From positions 1 to 64,000 of the IMG/VR virus record IMGVR_UViG_3300017917_003016: DNA of 64,000 bases, one strand, 5' to 3'. Positions 1-10,157 of the stretch are shown here, in pieces. The translations under genes and the position numbers were made by a program. The notes beneath the pieces are model-generated. The model was given only the letters and a program-made list of their open reading frames with translations, did no database searches and had not been told where the DNA came from. This DNA comes from a virus. Lineage: Duplodnaviria > Caudoviricetes. Every line of letters begins with the position of its first letter. The first letter of the stretch is position 1.

Positions 1-774
1 GTTGCTGGCGGTGGTGGCGGTGGTGGCGGTAACTCTAGTTTTATTGGCGGTATGGGCGGCGGTGGTGCCGGTGGCTATAGGACTGGAACTTTATCCGTTT
101 CTTCTGGCGTTTTATACACCGTTACTGTTGGCGGCGGTGGGAACGGCGGGTTTGAAACAGTAGGCTCCAATGGTTCCAACTCTATTTTTAGCAGCATTAC
201 ATCTACCGGAGGTGGCGCAGGCGGTGGTGCTACTCCGAATGGCTCTGGTATTCCCGGCTCTTCTGGAGGGTCTGGCGGTGGCGCCGCGCCTAGTACGGCA
301 AGCGGATCTGGTACTGCTGGACAGGGCAATCAGGGCGGTACTGCAGGCCCTGCTCAGCAGAACAATAGCGGTGGCGGTGGTGGTGGTGGTGGTGGCGCTG
401 CTGGCGGAAATGGTTCTGCTGGAGTTGGCGGTGTGGGCGGCAAAGGCCTTGCATCTTCAATTAGTGGGGCATCGGTAACTTACGCAGGCGGTGGCGGCGG
501 CGGATGGGGTGCTGGAGGAAGCGGTGGCGGTGGTGCGGGTGCTTCTAATCAAGATACTAATGGTGAAAATGCTACTGTAAATCTTGGTGGTGGAGGCGGT
601 GGTGGAGTATCGGCTGACGCAGGCACAACCGGCGGCAATGGTAGTTCTGGCGTTGTAATTATTCGTTATCCGGACACATATCCTGCCGCATCTACTAGTG
701 GCTCCCCTACAGTTACAGTGATTGGTGGATACCGCATTTACAAGTGGACTGGTTTAGGCTCCATTCGATTCTGA
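1..774 (+). CDS. Glycine-rich virion-associated protein (5' truncated)
   Basis: Frame is open from base 1 (VAGGGGGGGGNSSFIGG...) with poly-Gly tracts and a C-terminal GSSGVVIIRYP...GGYRIYKWTG motif typical of phage Gly-rich proteins. Confidence 0.75.
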   Translation, partial: VAGGGGGGGGNSSFIGGMGGGGAGGYRTGTLSVSSGVLYTVTVGGGGNGGFETVGSNGSNSIFSSITSTGGGAGGGATPNGSGIPGSSGGSGGGAAPSTASGSGTAGQGNQGGTAGPAQQNNSGGGGGGGGGAAGGNGSAGVGGVGGKGLASSISGASVTYAGGGGGGWGAGGSGGGGAGASNQDTNGENATVNLGGGGGGGVSADAGTTGGNGSSGVVIIRYPDTYPAASTSGSPTVTVIGGYRIYKWTGLGSIRF

Positions 775-782
775 GGTAAAGT

Positions 783-1139
783 ATGGCTCATTTTGCACAA
801 CTTGATGAAAACAATGTGGTAATGCAAGTGGTTGTTGTTCATAACAATGAACTTCTGGACAACGGGATCGAATCCGAAGCAAAAGGTATCGCCTTCTGTC
901 AATCACTATTTCCGAACACTAACTGGATACAAACTTCGTATAACGGCAACATGAGGAAAAACTACGCAAGTATTGGTTATACCTACGATGCCCAAATAGA
1001 TGCATTCATTCCTCCAAAGTTATATGCCTCGTGGATACTAAACGATGCTGCTCGATGGGAAGCACCTGTACCTATGCCGCAAGATGGGAAGCAATATCAG
1101 TGGGACGAAAACATAATTAAATGGCGTGAAATCAATTGA
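783..1139 (+). CDS. Conserved phage hypothetical protein
   Basis: 118 aa, MAHFAQLD...WIQTSYN...YAxIGYTYD...W; GAGG RBS upstream; a type often found next to Gly-rich phage genes. Confidence 0.7.
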   Translation: MAHFAQLDENNVVMQVVVVHNNELLDNGIESEAKGIAFCQSLFPNTNWIQTSYNGNMRKNYASIGYTYDAQIDAFIPPKLYASWILNDAARWEAPVPMPQDGKQYQWDENIIKWREIN

Positions 1140-1188
1140 GGTAAACTAATAATTTAAGTATCTCAATTGAAAAATATCAAACTCTTCG

Positions 1189-1196
1189 CATAAATA
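1189..1196 (+). promoter_or_regulatory. T4-type late promoter (CATAAATA) for the fibre gene
   Basis: Matches the NATAAATA motif recurring upstream of structural genes in this window. Confidence 0.6.
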
Positions 1197-1272
1197 CAAT
1201 AAATCAATACTAATGCCTTAGGGGAATATGGAACCGCAGGCAATAACTAAACCCACAACTGCGGAGTTTTGA

Positions 1273-4200
1273 ATGTCAGCGTTAACCCGAATACTCAATA
1301 ACCAAATTTACGATAGTACCATCGTAGCATCGCAAAAAATAGCGCCGGGAACCATAACCGGCAGTTTATTCTCAAGCAACGTAACTGTACCCGGAGACTT
1401 GCTAATCTCCGGAAACTTGTTTGTACTTGGAACCAGTGCTTACACAACCATTGCCAGTACCAACACCTACGTCAATGACCCACTGGTTACTCTTAACAAT
1501 GGATTTAGTGGAACAAACAATAGAGATTGTGGTTTAATTTTCAATCGCGGATCATCTCAAAATCAAGCCATTGTTTGGAACGAATTTAACAAAGAATTTC
1601 GCCTAATTGGCACTACTGAAACAGGCACGACCTACGGCAATGTAGTGGCCAGCACGTTTGCAAATCTGCATGTTGGTAATATCGGTGTTGATTACAATTT
1701 ATCAACTAACAGCCTTGCAGTCAACTCAGCCATCACAGCATCGAGTCTTAATCTATCTGGAAACCTACTGGCCAGCACAGTTGGCGCTAGTTTTATAACT
1801 GCCAGCACCGCAGCAGTTGGTAACCTTGCAGCAGTAACCGTAGGCAATGTTGGCACTCAATTCAATGGTACGGCTATTAATCTGAGCGGAAACGTTATAG
1901 CTGCTGCTGGAATATTGAATGCCCTTACAGTCAATGGTAATGAATCGGTAACTGGTTATTTAAATGTCACAGGTAATATACTGGGTGCAGCGGGTACATT
2001 TAGTGGCCTTACAGTCAACGGTAACGAGTCGATCACTGGTTATTTGAACGTTACGGGTAATGTACTAGGTGCAGCGGGTACATTTAGTGGCCTTACAGTC
2101 AACGGTAACGAGTCGATCACTGGTTATTTAAATGTCACAGGTAATGTGTTGGCTAGTACAGTTGGTGCAAGTTTCTTAACAGCCAGCACAACTGTAGTAG
2201 GTAACATTTCAGCAGTTACCTTTGGCAATACAGGTGCAACCTTTACCGGTGCGAGTTTGAACGCCACAGGTAATGTGTTGGCTAGTACAGTTGGTGCAAG
2301 TTTCTTAACAGCCAGTACAGCCACAATTGGTAATATTGCAGCAGTTATCTTTGGTAATACAGGTGCAACCTTTACCGGGCTAACAGGTGCCTTTAGCGGC
2401 AATGTCATCGGCGGTCTGGCACAGTTTGCAGCAATAAATTCAACCCCTATAGGTAACGCACTGGCCAGCACAGGCGCGTTTACCACACTTACTGCTAGCG
2501 GAATCGTTACATTTACCAGTGCTACAGATGCTACCAGCCTAGGCAGCGGCGCTCTGCAGGTAACAGGCGGTGCTAGTATTGGTAAAAATCTATATGTAGG
2601 TGGTAACCTAAACATCATTGGTAATTCGTTTGTTGTTACCAGTAATTCTGGTGTATTCTACGGTAATGCTGTGGGCTCTGGTGCACTATATGCAGGGGTA
2701 ACAGGTTATGTACCTCAGGAATTCACAACTATCCAGTCAACCGGTAACTGGAATGGTTATATTCAGATAAACAATCAAAATATCAATAACGGGTCGTCGG
2801 CATCCACAGACTTTGTGGCCACGGCTGACAACGGCACTGCATCTGACACATTTATTGACATGGGTATAAATTCAAGTCAATACAGCGTAGCAGGATTCGC
2901 TTTAAGCCGTGCCAATGACGGATATCTATATGTACACGGCAACACCACTACTGGTGGCGGTAATCTCTTGTTGGCAACCATGCACAACAACGACATTATA
3001 TTTGCTACCAACGGGCAAGACACTGCCAACGAAATAGCACGCCTCAAAGACGGGCAAGGGCTGCAGGTCAAGGCAACTACACCTGCAAGTTCAAGTTCTA
3101 CTGGAGCACTACAGGTCAGCGGTGGTGCAGGTATTGCAGGCAATCTATATGTTGGTGCTGGGATACAAGGCACTGTGATTGGTAATGTTACTCCCGCAGC
3201 AGCCAACTTTACTAATGTTGGCGTAAGCGGAACAATCACTGCGTCAAGTTTATCTATTGGCCAAGTCAATGTGTCTGGTAATGTATTAGCAGCAGCCGGC
3301 ACATTTAACGCTTTGACTGTTAATGGCACTACTACAACTCAAGTATTAAATTCAACAGGTAATATATTAGGTACAGGTGCTGTATTTAACAGCCTAACAG
3401 TCAACGGTAATGAGTCAATTACCGGATATTTAAATGTCACAGGCAATGTGTTAGGTGCAGCAGGTACATTTAACGGACTTACAGTCAACGGTGATGAGTT
3501 GGTAACTGGCTATCTTAACGTTACAGGAAATATACTAGGCGCTACTGGTACACTGGGTATACTAGCAGTAAACAACAATCTCTGGGCCAATGCCAGCATA
3601 GCAACCACAGCCCAAGGTATTGGGGCGATTGTGGTCCCCAACGGCGGTATCAGTGTTGCCGGTGCTGCAAATATTGCCGGAGCCATAACCACCGCAGGCA
3701 CTGCACAATTTAATAACACCCTAACAGTTGGTGGGATAACCTATTACACCAACACAACTAATGCTACTGAATCAACCGGTACTAGCGGTGCACTTCAAAT
3801 CAAGGGTGGCGCCAGCATCGCCAAAGATTTATGGGTTGGTGGTAATATCTATGCAAGTAATATATTTGGTGTTACACATCAAATAATTACCGTAAAAGAT
3901 CCTCTAGTCTATTTTGATGCTGCTAACACCTATCCATACAACTACGATATTGGATTTTATAGTAATTTTGTAGGACCAAATCCAATTGATAATACGGGTA
4001 ACGTATATCAACACAGCGGTGTTGTCCGCGACAATGCTGACAACACATGGAAATTCTTCAGTAACGTTCGCAGCGAGCCAAGCGGCAGTTCTATAACATT
4101 TAATGCGGATACCATATATGATCCAGTATTGGCAGGTAATCTGCGACTGACCTATACCCAGACTGCAACCAGTACCACAACAGGTGCTCTACAAGTGGCC

Positions 4201-7200
4201 GGCGGTGCAGGCATAGCAGGAAATCTGTTTGCAGCACAGATAAACAGTACCGGTAATGTAATAGGACAATTGGGTATCTTTAGTACCCTAACAGTCAACG
4301 GCAATACTGCTACTGGTAACCTTACTGTAACCGGATCTATTACAACTTCTGGCGGTGATGGCAATATCAGCGGGGTTAATAACCTAACTGCTTCAGGATA
4401 CATCAATACCTCAGGCAACATTTCTGCAGCAAGAATCAATGCAGGCAACGTTAATTCTGCACTGTTTACTGCAAACTCGGCTATGAGCATTACCACAACG
4501 GGTAATGCCCTGTCTCATATCACTATGATACCCAATGCCGGTAATGTGATCATCAAAGGCGGGTTAGAAGTAGACGGTAATTTATCAACCAATCAATTTA
4601 GAGCCAACGGTGCAGTTGTTGGTAATTTGTTTATTGGATCCCCAATTAACTTTGACAGTAATGTCTCAGGGATACAGACACTAACTGGAAATCTAGCCAT
4701 TTCCAGTGCTTTGAACACTATTATCCAAAGCGGAAACGGTGGTAACATAGAATTACAACCTGGGATGTCACTTACTAATGGAGTTGCCATTGGCAATTCT
4801 AGTGGTGCTTTCTGGGTTGCTCCCCTATCTTATTTTACCAATGCAACTGATTCAACATCAACTACCTCGGGTGCAGTTAGATTTACAGGAGGTATAGGAG
4901 TTGCAGGCAACGTCTGGGCAGGCAATATCTATACCAGAAATCTTACGCTTACTGGTGCATTAAGTGTTAGTTCACTTAATTTAACTGGTAATTTATTAGC
5001 CTCAACTGTTATAGCCAATTTCCTAACCGCAAGCACTGCGGCTGTGGGTAATATCTCTGCGGTTATAATTGGTAATAGCGGAGCCACGGTAACTGGAACT
5101 ATAGGTGCGTTTAGCGGAAACATTATAGGCGGACTGGCACAATTTGCAGCAATTAATGCAACACCTATAGGTAATGTCACGGCCAGTACTGGTGCTTTTA
5201 CAACACTTAGCGCAAGTGCAGGTATTTGGGCTAACAGCACAACCGCTAGTACCAATACCACAACCGGTGCCCTAGTTGTAGCAGGAGGTGTTGGTGTTGC
5301 AGGAAACATATTCCAGGGCGGTGCGTATTTTGATACAAGTTCTTCAAATTATATATTCGCTGCTACTCCGGCCACTGTAAATGCATTGTCGTCGGGTACC
5401 TTCATAAGTGTTGGTGCAGCCACCGGCACGCTGGTATTGCGTAATCCAAATATTACCACAGTACAAACTGGCACATTAAATTTATTCAATGCTAATGCAA
5501 CTACTATAAACTTTGGGGGTGCTGCTAGTCAAATAACAGTAGGCAATACAGGAAGCCAATTCACATTTAACTCATCTACAATTTCTGGCCCAACATCAGT
5601 TAGCATATTTGATGGCTCGCAGACTGTGACTGCGTTTGGTGCAGCACAAAATTTAGACATTGGTTTCAGTAGTGGATTTGCAAATATTAAGAGTCCCTTA
5701 GTAGACTTTACTAATATAACGAATATTACCTCATCTGCAAGCACTGCTTTAAATCTGTTCAATGCTAATATTCTTACATTAAACGCTTTTGGTGCAGTAA
5801 CAAGTGCAACTATTGGTGCAAACAACAGCGGTAATCTGCGTATACGCAATGACATTGTGTTCTTACAAAATAATGCTAACGTCAACGGCACTCGAGATGC
5901 TACAAACACCACAACCGCAGCACTGACTGTAGCAGGAGGTGCCGCGGTCAAGGCTGGGATGATTATAGGCGGAACCCTGTATGCAAATGCTGCAATCGAT
6001 ACAACACGATCAGACTACGGCGAAGGGGCAATTGTAGTTCCCAATGGTGGACTTAGTGTAAGTGGCAATATCTGGGCAGGAAAAAATTTATATGTAGGGC
6101 CCTACGCACCAGAGGCTGGAAATGTATTACCGGGACTAACCATAGGTGCGATAGATGCAGATCCAGAATACACCGAAATTGCTGTTCTAAATTTAGACAA
6201 TCGGGGGTCAACTGATCTAGCCGTTTACGCCAGCGACTTTGATGTAGACAATGGTTGGGCTGGTATTGGATTCACTGGAAATGCATTTAACGATCCAAGA
6301 TACACTATAACCAAACCCCACGACGGTTATGTATTTGTTAGCCCTAGAGCAACATATGGTGGTAATCTAGTATTAGCCACTGACAACAATGGGGTATACA
6401 ATGATATTGTATTTGGACTAGGAAGTTTCTTAGAAACCTCCGAAGTTATGAGAATGCATGGCAACATCAGTACCGGTGGTAATGCATGGATCAAATACAC
6501 AACCTCTGCAATCACACCTACCAGCGGTGCACTAAGAGTTGCCGGCGGAGTTGGTGTTGGCGGTAACATACGCACCGGTGGCGGCGCAGTATTCAACAGC
6601 AGTCAAACATACGATCCATTCCAAGTCAAGGGTGCTGCAACAACAACATTAATCTATGCCGATCCCGCTTACGGTGCAGTGATAATTGGCGGTAGCAACA
6701 CCAGTCCAGTTTTAGGTAGCACACTCAAAATTAACAGTACAGATTCGCTACTTCTACCAGTTGGATCAACCGGGCAACGCCCAAGTTCAACTGGTAACGT
6801 TGACGTACAAGGGATGTTGCGATTCAACACTACACTAAACAACATAGAATATTATGATGGCATAAGTTGGCAAACTCCGGGGGTTGTGGTTAGTTCCATT
6901 ACCGATCGCCAATTTAGCGGCAACGGGCCTTATGGTAATGTTGATGGAGTTAACACTACCTTTACTATACAAAGCAATGCTACAACGGCTGGTACGCTGG
7001 TAAGCATAAACGGTGTTATACAATTCCCAACGTTGGCCTATAGTGTAAGCGGTACTACTTTAACCTTTACTGAACCTCCTGCTGCAACTGATGTTATTGA
7101 TGTAAGAATTCTAGTGAATACCACAGTAGTGGATACACTAGCAAGCGGAAATGGTCTGCAACAATTTATAGCATCCGATAATGCAGCAGAAATTTGGTCA

Positions 7201-7596
7201 GGAACTTCATATTCGATCAAACAGGTACAGGTCACGCCCGCCGGCGATCTAGAACTGCTTACTGGGCAAAAACTAACCTATACACAACCGGTGGTTAACA
7301 TCGTAGCCAACAATACCCCCTATGTAATCAGTACTTGGAGCCAGGCTGCTTATACCACAGCCAAGTACATAGTCAGTGCTAAAAAGGATTCTACCAATGT
7401 AGAAAGTTACGAAGCACTGGTCACAACAGATGGTGGCGGTAATGCTTATATTACAACATATGGTGTTATTAACAATGGAACAACTATGGGTACATTGACT
7501 GCTAATGTTGTCAGCGGCAATGTTCGAGTATACTATACTACCACAACCGGCATGACCAACGCTAATGTTAAAGCACAGGGAACATTTGTTGTCTAA
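1273..7596 (+). CDS. Large tail fibre / fibre-like structural protein (2107 aa)
   Basis: G/N/T/A/S-rich; about ten GAL(Q/V)VxGGxG(I/V)xGN(L/I) shaft modules; 28-aa and 43-aa repeats; C-terminal globular modules; GGAG RBS. Confidence 0.8.
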   Translation: MSALTRILNNQIYDSTIVASQKIAPGTITGSLFSSNVTVPGDLLISGNLFVLGTSAYTTIASTNTYVNDPLVTLNNGFSGTNNRDCGLIFNRGSSQNQAIVWNEFNKEFRLIGTTETGTTYGNVVASTFANLHVGNIGVDYNLSTNSLAVNSAITASSLNLSGNLLASTVGASFITASTAAVGNLAAVTVGNVGTQFNGTAINLSGNVIAAAGILNALTVNGNESVTGYLNVTGNILGAAGTFSGLTVNGNESITGYLNVTGNVLGAAGTFSGLTVNGNESITGYLNVTGNVLASTVGASFLTASTTVVGNISAVTFGNTGATFTGASLNATGNVLASTVGASFLTASTATIGNIAAVIFGNTGATFTGLTGAFSGNVIGGLAQFAAINSTPIGNALASTGAFTTLTASGIVTFTSATDATSLGSGALQVTGGASIGKNLYVGGNLNIIGNSFVVTSNSGVFYGNAVGSGALYAGVTGYVPQEFTTIQSTGNWNGYIQINNQNINNGSSASTDFVATADNGTASDTFIDMGINSSQYSVAGFALSRANDGYLYVHGNTTTGGGNLLLATMHNNDIIFATNGQDTANEIARLKDGQGLQVKATTPASSSSTGALQVSGGAGIAGNLYVGAGIQGTVIGNVTPAAANFTNVGVSGTITASSLSIGQVNVSGNVLAAAGTFNALTVNGTTTTQVLNSTGNILGTGAVFNSLTVNGNESITGYLNVTGNVLGAAGTFNGLTVNGDELVTGYLNVTGNILGATGTLGILAVNNNLWANASIATTAQGIGAIVVPNGGISVAGAANIAGAITTAGTAQFNNTLTVGGITYYTNTTNATESTGTSGALQIKGGASIAKDLWVGGNIYASNIFGVTHQIITVKDPLVYFDAANTYPYNYDIGFYSNFVGPNPIDNTGNVYQHSGVVRDNADNTWKFFSNVRSEPSGSSITFNADTIYDPVLAGNLRLTYTQTATSTTTGALQVAGGAGIAGNLFAAQINSTGNVIGQLGIFSTLTVNGNTATGNLTVTGSITTSGGDGNISGVNNLTASGYINTSGNISAARINAGNVNSALFTANSAMSITTTGNALSHITMIPNAGNVIIKGGLEVDGNLSTNQFRANGAVVGNLFIGSPINFDSNVSGIQTLTGNLAISSALNTIIQSGNGGNIELQPGMSLTNGVAIGNSSGAFWVAPLSYFTNATDSTSTTSGAVRFTGGIGVAGNVWAGNIYTRNLTLTGALSVSSLNLTGNLLASTVIANFLTASTAAVGNISAVIIGNSGATVTGTIGAFSGNIIGGLAQFAAINATPIGNVTASTGAFTTLSASAGIWANSTTASTNTTTGALVVAGGVGVAGNIFQGGAYFDTSSSNYIFAATPATVNALSSGTFISVGAATGTLVLRNPNITTVQTGTLNLFNANATTINFGGAASQITVGNTGSQFTFNSSTISGPTSVSIFDGSQTVTAFGAAQNLDIGFSSGFANIKSPLVDFTNITNITSSASTALNLFNANILTLNAFGAVTSATIGANNSGNLRIRNDIVFLQNNANVNGTRDATNTTTAALTVAGGAAVKAGMIIGGTLYANAAIDTTRSDYGEGAIVVPNGGLSVSGNIWAGKNLYVGPYAPEAGNVLPGLTIGAIDADPEYTEIAVLNLDNRGSTDLAVYASDFDVDNGWAGIGFTGNAFNDPRYTITKPHDGYVFVSPRATYGGNLVLATDNNGVYNDIVFGLGSFLETSEVMRMHGNISTGGNAWIKYTTSAITPTSGALRVAGGVGVGGNIRTGGGAVFNSSQTYDPFQVKGAATTTLIYADPAYGAVIIGGSNTSPVLGSTLKINSTDSLLLPVGSTGQRPSSTGNVDVQGMLRFNTTLNNIEYYDGISWQTPGVVVSSITDRQFSGNGPYGNVDGVNTTFTIQSNATTAGTLVSINGVIQFPTLAYSVSGTTLTFTEPPAATDVIDVRILVNTTVVDTLASGNGLQQFIASDNAAEIWSGTSYSIKQVQVTPAGDLELLTGQKLTYTQPVVNIVANNTPYVISTWSQAAYTTAKYIVSAKKDSTNVESYEALVTTDGGGNAYITTYGVINNGTTMGTLTANVVSGNVRVYYTTTTGMTNANVKAQGTFVV
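1924..2150 (+). repeat. 84-nt in-frame tandem repeat (LTVNGNESITGYLNVTGNVLGAAGTFSG)
   Basis: Near-identical units start at 1924, 2008 and 2092; diverged copies at about 3390-3540. Confidence 0.9.
2137..2378 (+). repeat. 129-nt (43-aa) in-frame direct repeat in fibre gene
   Basis: acaggtaatgtgttggctagtacagttggtgcaagtttcttaacagccag starts at 2137 and 2266. Confidence 0.85.
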
Positions 7597-7605
7597 GGGT
7601 AAAAA

Positions 7606-8340
7606 ATGTTAAGATTGGTTAAAAAATATCGACGAGGCTATACCGGTGAAGACGTTATTGTTGAAAAACGTATGGAATACGGTAGATGGCATACTGTTAC
7701 AGAAAGAGTACCTAATCGCATAGTAAATAAACAAATTTCCAATGTTGCGGTGATTATTGGAAATGGCACTAATCGTTTAAATTTTGATCTCATGAGATTA
7801 AAAAAACTCAGCGGACTTCTTGGGTCAAAAACAGTACAAACCTACGGATGCAATGCATTGTATAGAGATTTTTCACCAGATTTTTTAATAGCAGTAGGAA
7901 ATAACGGTATAGTTGATGAGATTGCTGACAAAGAATATACTAACGAACACATTGTATATTCAAGTGCTGCACATCTGCTGCAATTTCCAGGAAAGTTTTA
8001 TCTGCTACCGTATGATGTATATGCTGATGCTGGTACTGCTGCTATCTACCTGGCAGCATTTGATGAACATAAAAAAATTTACCTAATTGGTTTTGATGGT
8101 CATGAGCCTAATTGGAACAATAATGTCTACGCCGGAACAACCGGTTATGACGGCAAAAATGTTCACATTGATCATTCAGAATGGATACTTAATCACAAAC
8201 AAGTTTTTGATGTTTACGACGACGTAGATTTTGTTTGGGTAACCCCGTTAGGCAATAATCTTGTACCAGAGCCGCTGAGATCGTGTCTTAATTTTAGACA
8301 AATTAGTTTTCAAACTCTGATATTAGAGTGCGATCTATAA
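7606..8340 (+). CDS. MptE/Maf-like (DUF115-type) putative transferase
   Basis: VAVIIGNG...YGCNALYRDFxPDFLIAV...AGTAAIYLA...IYLIGFD motif pattern. Confidence 0.5.
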   Translation: MLRLVKKYRRGYTGEDVIVEKRMEYGRWHTVTERVPNRIVNKQISNVAVIIGNGTNRLNFDLMRLKKLSGLLGSKTVQTYGCNALYRDFSPDFLIAVGNNGIVDEIADKEYTNEHIVYSSAAHLLQFPGKFYLLPYDVYADAGTAAIYLAAFDEHKKIYLIGFDGHEPNWNNNVYAGTTGYDGKNVHIDHSEWILNHKQVFDVYDDVDFVWVTPLGNNLVPEPLRSCLNFRQISFQTLILECDL

Positions 8341-8763
8341 AACTTCTTCTAAGGTCCGAATTTTATCTATAACAGTAGCAAAGTTAATAGTTCGCCAAAC
8401 CCCGGGATGTAAAGGTCTTGGGTGATCCTCTAATCTGACCCAACAGTAACCGCGGTGCTCATCATTTAATGCAGGCACAAATTCTTCGTCTAGAGCAATT
8501 AAAAAAGTATGATATTTGAATTTACCGTTCTCGCTGGTAAATTTTTCTAAAGGGATAACTTTGATAGCGGAAAAATCAAATCCAAGTTCTTCTTCTAATT
8601 CTCGATACAGACTGCTCAGAAGATATTCGCCCGTTTCAACCCCGCCACCTGCTAACCCCCACGTGCCGGCATGCCTTTTGGTGTTACGCAGTAGGAATAG
8701 ATAACGTTTGGTACTAGTGCTGTATATAAAAGTACCAACGCCTTCTATAATACCAGCGTCCAC
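8335..8763 (-). CDS. NUDIX hydrolase
   Basis: Nudix box GGGVETGEYLLSSLYRELEEELG; GTG at 8763 chosen as start to limit overlap with gp15. Confidence 0.85.
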   Translation of the reverse strand: MDAGIIEGVGTFIYSTSTKRYLFLLRNTKRHAGTWGLAGGGVETGEYLLSSLYRELEEELGFDFSAIKVIPLEKFTSENGKFKYHTFLIALDEEFVPALNDEHRGYCWVRLEDHPRPLHPGVWRTINFATVIDKIRTLEEVL

Positions 8764-10157
8764 AGACCCGCTTTGTATTCCCCTTCGTAACTCTTTAGCC
8801 ATTGTATACCGTTCCATTTATATTGAGTACCTGTGGTTAGATTACTAACATATTGTAGATTAGAATTATTTTCGCTGTCAAATGAAACAGTCCAATAAGT
8901 GCCGGTCCATTGAATAATATCGTTGGCATTTGCAACCAGATCCTGGCCATTGGTTCCTCGCCAAGCACTGGCTCCTTCTTCAGGGGGATTATCATAACTA
9001 CCTATGGCATGCAAGATAAGATATCTTGTACCTGTGGGTGGATTAGTTATGTTTGAATCAACAGTTACTCTAGTAGGATCTATAATGGCATTTATTGCCT
9101 GTAAGGTATTAGTGGGTTTAGTGTCAACGTCAACATTAAAAATTAACAGGCTATCATCAGTGGGATGATAACTGACAGTGCCAATCACTTCAGTATAGCC
9201 GTCCTCTTGGAGAAGTCTTACTTGACTGATACCATTTTGCAATGATCCGTACATGTCAACAAGTTTGTGCCAATTGTCTCTGGTACCAACTTTAACAGAA
9301 GGTTCTAAAGTTGGAGGGTCGCGGGGATCAGCAAATTCACTAACTTTAAGTATAGTCAACGTATTGCCTACGAGCAATACACCATACTGCAAAGGAGTAA
9401 AATATTGACGCTTGCCCAATAAATTGTCTTCGTTTAAAACATCTTCACTAAGATTACCGTTAGAATCGTGTATATTGGCAATTATTTTTTGAATAACACC
9501 TAGTTTTTTAACTTTGGCCGGCGGTGAGATCCACACAGGTAGTTTAAATGTTAGTGTGGCAACATCGATGGGATTTTCTGTACCGATTGGCACCGATCGG
9601 TTGGTCCACGACGGGCTCTCAAGATAAACTACACTTAGGCTGGTCCAATCTATGTAATTGTCTGTTGATTGTATTTCCAGTGCAGGGTTAAACAAAACCA
9701 TCAATTGTTCTAATAATTGTAATTTTTGTTTAGTATTGCTAGTCCAAATGTCTAGTTTAAGTTCTATAGTATAAGGTACTGGCATTAGGCGTTCTATAGT
9801 AAATGCATTGCCTTGCCGATTTTCAAACTCTTGAGTTTCTTCATTGTAGTATCGTTCACGTATCTGCATTTTTCCAACAAATGTTGGTTCCTGCACACGA
9901 TCTCGATCATAAGACACACCATTGATATAAACAGTCATTGCGGGCACCGCCGGTAGCACACTTCCGCTGGCGTTTTGACTAATGATCATTTGTACTTGAC
10001 GACTGCTGTCGCCCCAGTATACTGGCACACGTTGATAGGCAAGATTACCATCTCGATCCTTGCCAAACTCAACTTGAAAACCAGACACCATACGTATGAA
10101 CTGTGCAAGAAAACGTTCTATTTGAGCATCATAGAAAAATTGTTGAAGTGCTGCCAT
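8745..10157 (-). CDS. gp15: Tail completion / sheath stabiliser, T4 gp15-like
   Basis: FYDAQIERFLAQFIRMVS...QRVPVYWGD...MPVPYTIELKLDIWTSNTKQKLQLLEQLMVLFNP; lies next to gp14. Confidence 0.75.
   Translation of the reverse strand: MAALQQFFYDAQIERFLAQFIRMVSGFQVEFGKDRDGNLAYQRVPVYWGDSSRQVQMIISQNASGSVLPAVPAMTVYINGVSYDRDRVQEPTFVGKMQIRERYYNEETQEFENRQGNAFTIERLMPVPYTIELKLDIWTSNTKQKLQLLEQLMVLFNPALEIQSTDNYIDWTSLSVVYLESPSWTNRSVPIGTENPIDVATLTFKLPVWISPPAKVKKLGVIQKIIANIHDSNGNLSEDVLNEDNLLGKRQYFTPLQYGVLLVGNTLTILKVSEFADPRDPPTLEPSVKVGTRDNWHKLVDMYGSLQNGISQVRLLQEDGYTEVIGTVSYHPTDDSLLIFNVDVDTKPTNTLQAINAIIDPTRVTVDSNITNPPTGTRYLILHAIGSYDNPPEEGASAWRGTNGQDLVANANDIIQWTGTYWTVSFDSENNSNLQYVSNLTTGTQYKWNGIQWLKSYEGEYKAGLWTLVL

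Noticed and set aside
1-620. GGT/GGC triplet runs as a microsatellite or repeat array
   Set aside because: Explained by poly-glycine coding in an open frame
2124-7235. Many 60-164 aa minus-strand ORFs opposite the fibre gene
   Set aside because: Shadow ORFs of a biased repetitive coding strand, with no RBS or recognisable motifs
1273-7596. Fibre repeats as diversity-generating retroelement template/variable repeats
   Set aside because: Repeats are in-frame and tandem, differences are not adenine-specific, and no reverse transcriptase is in the window
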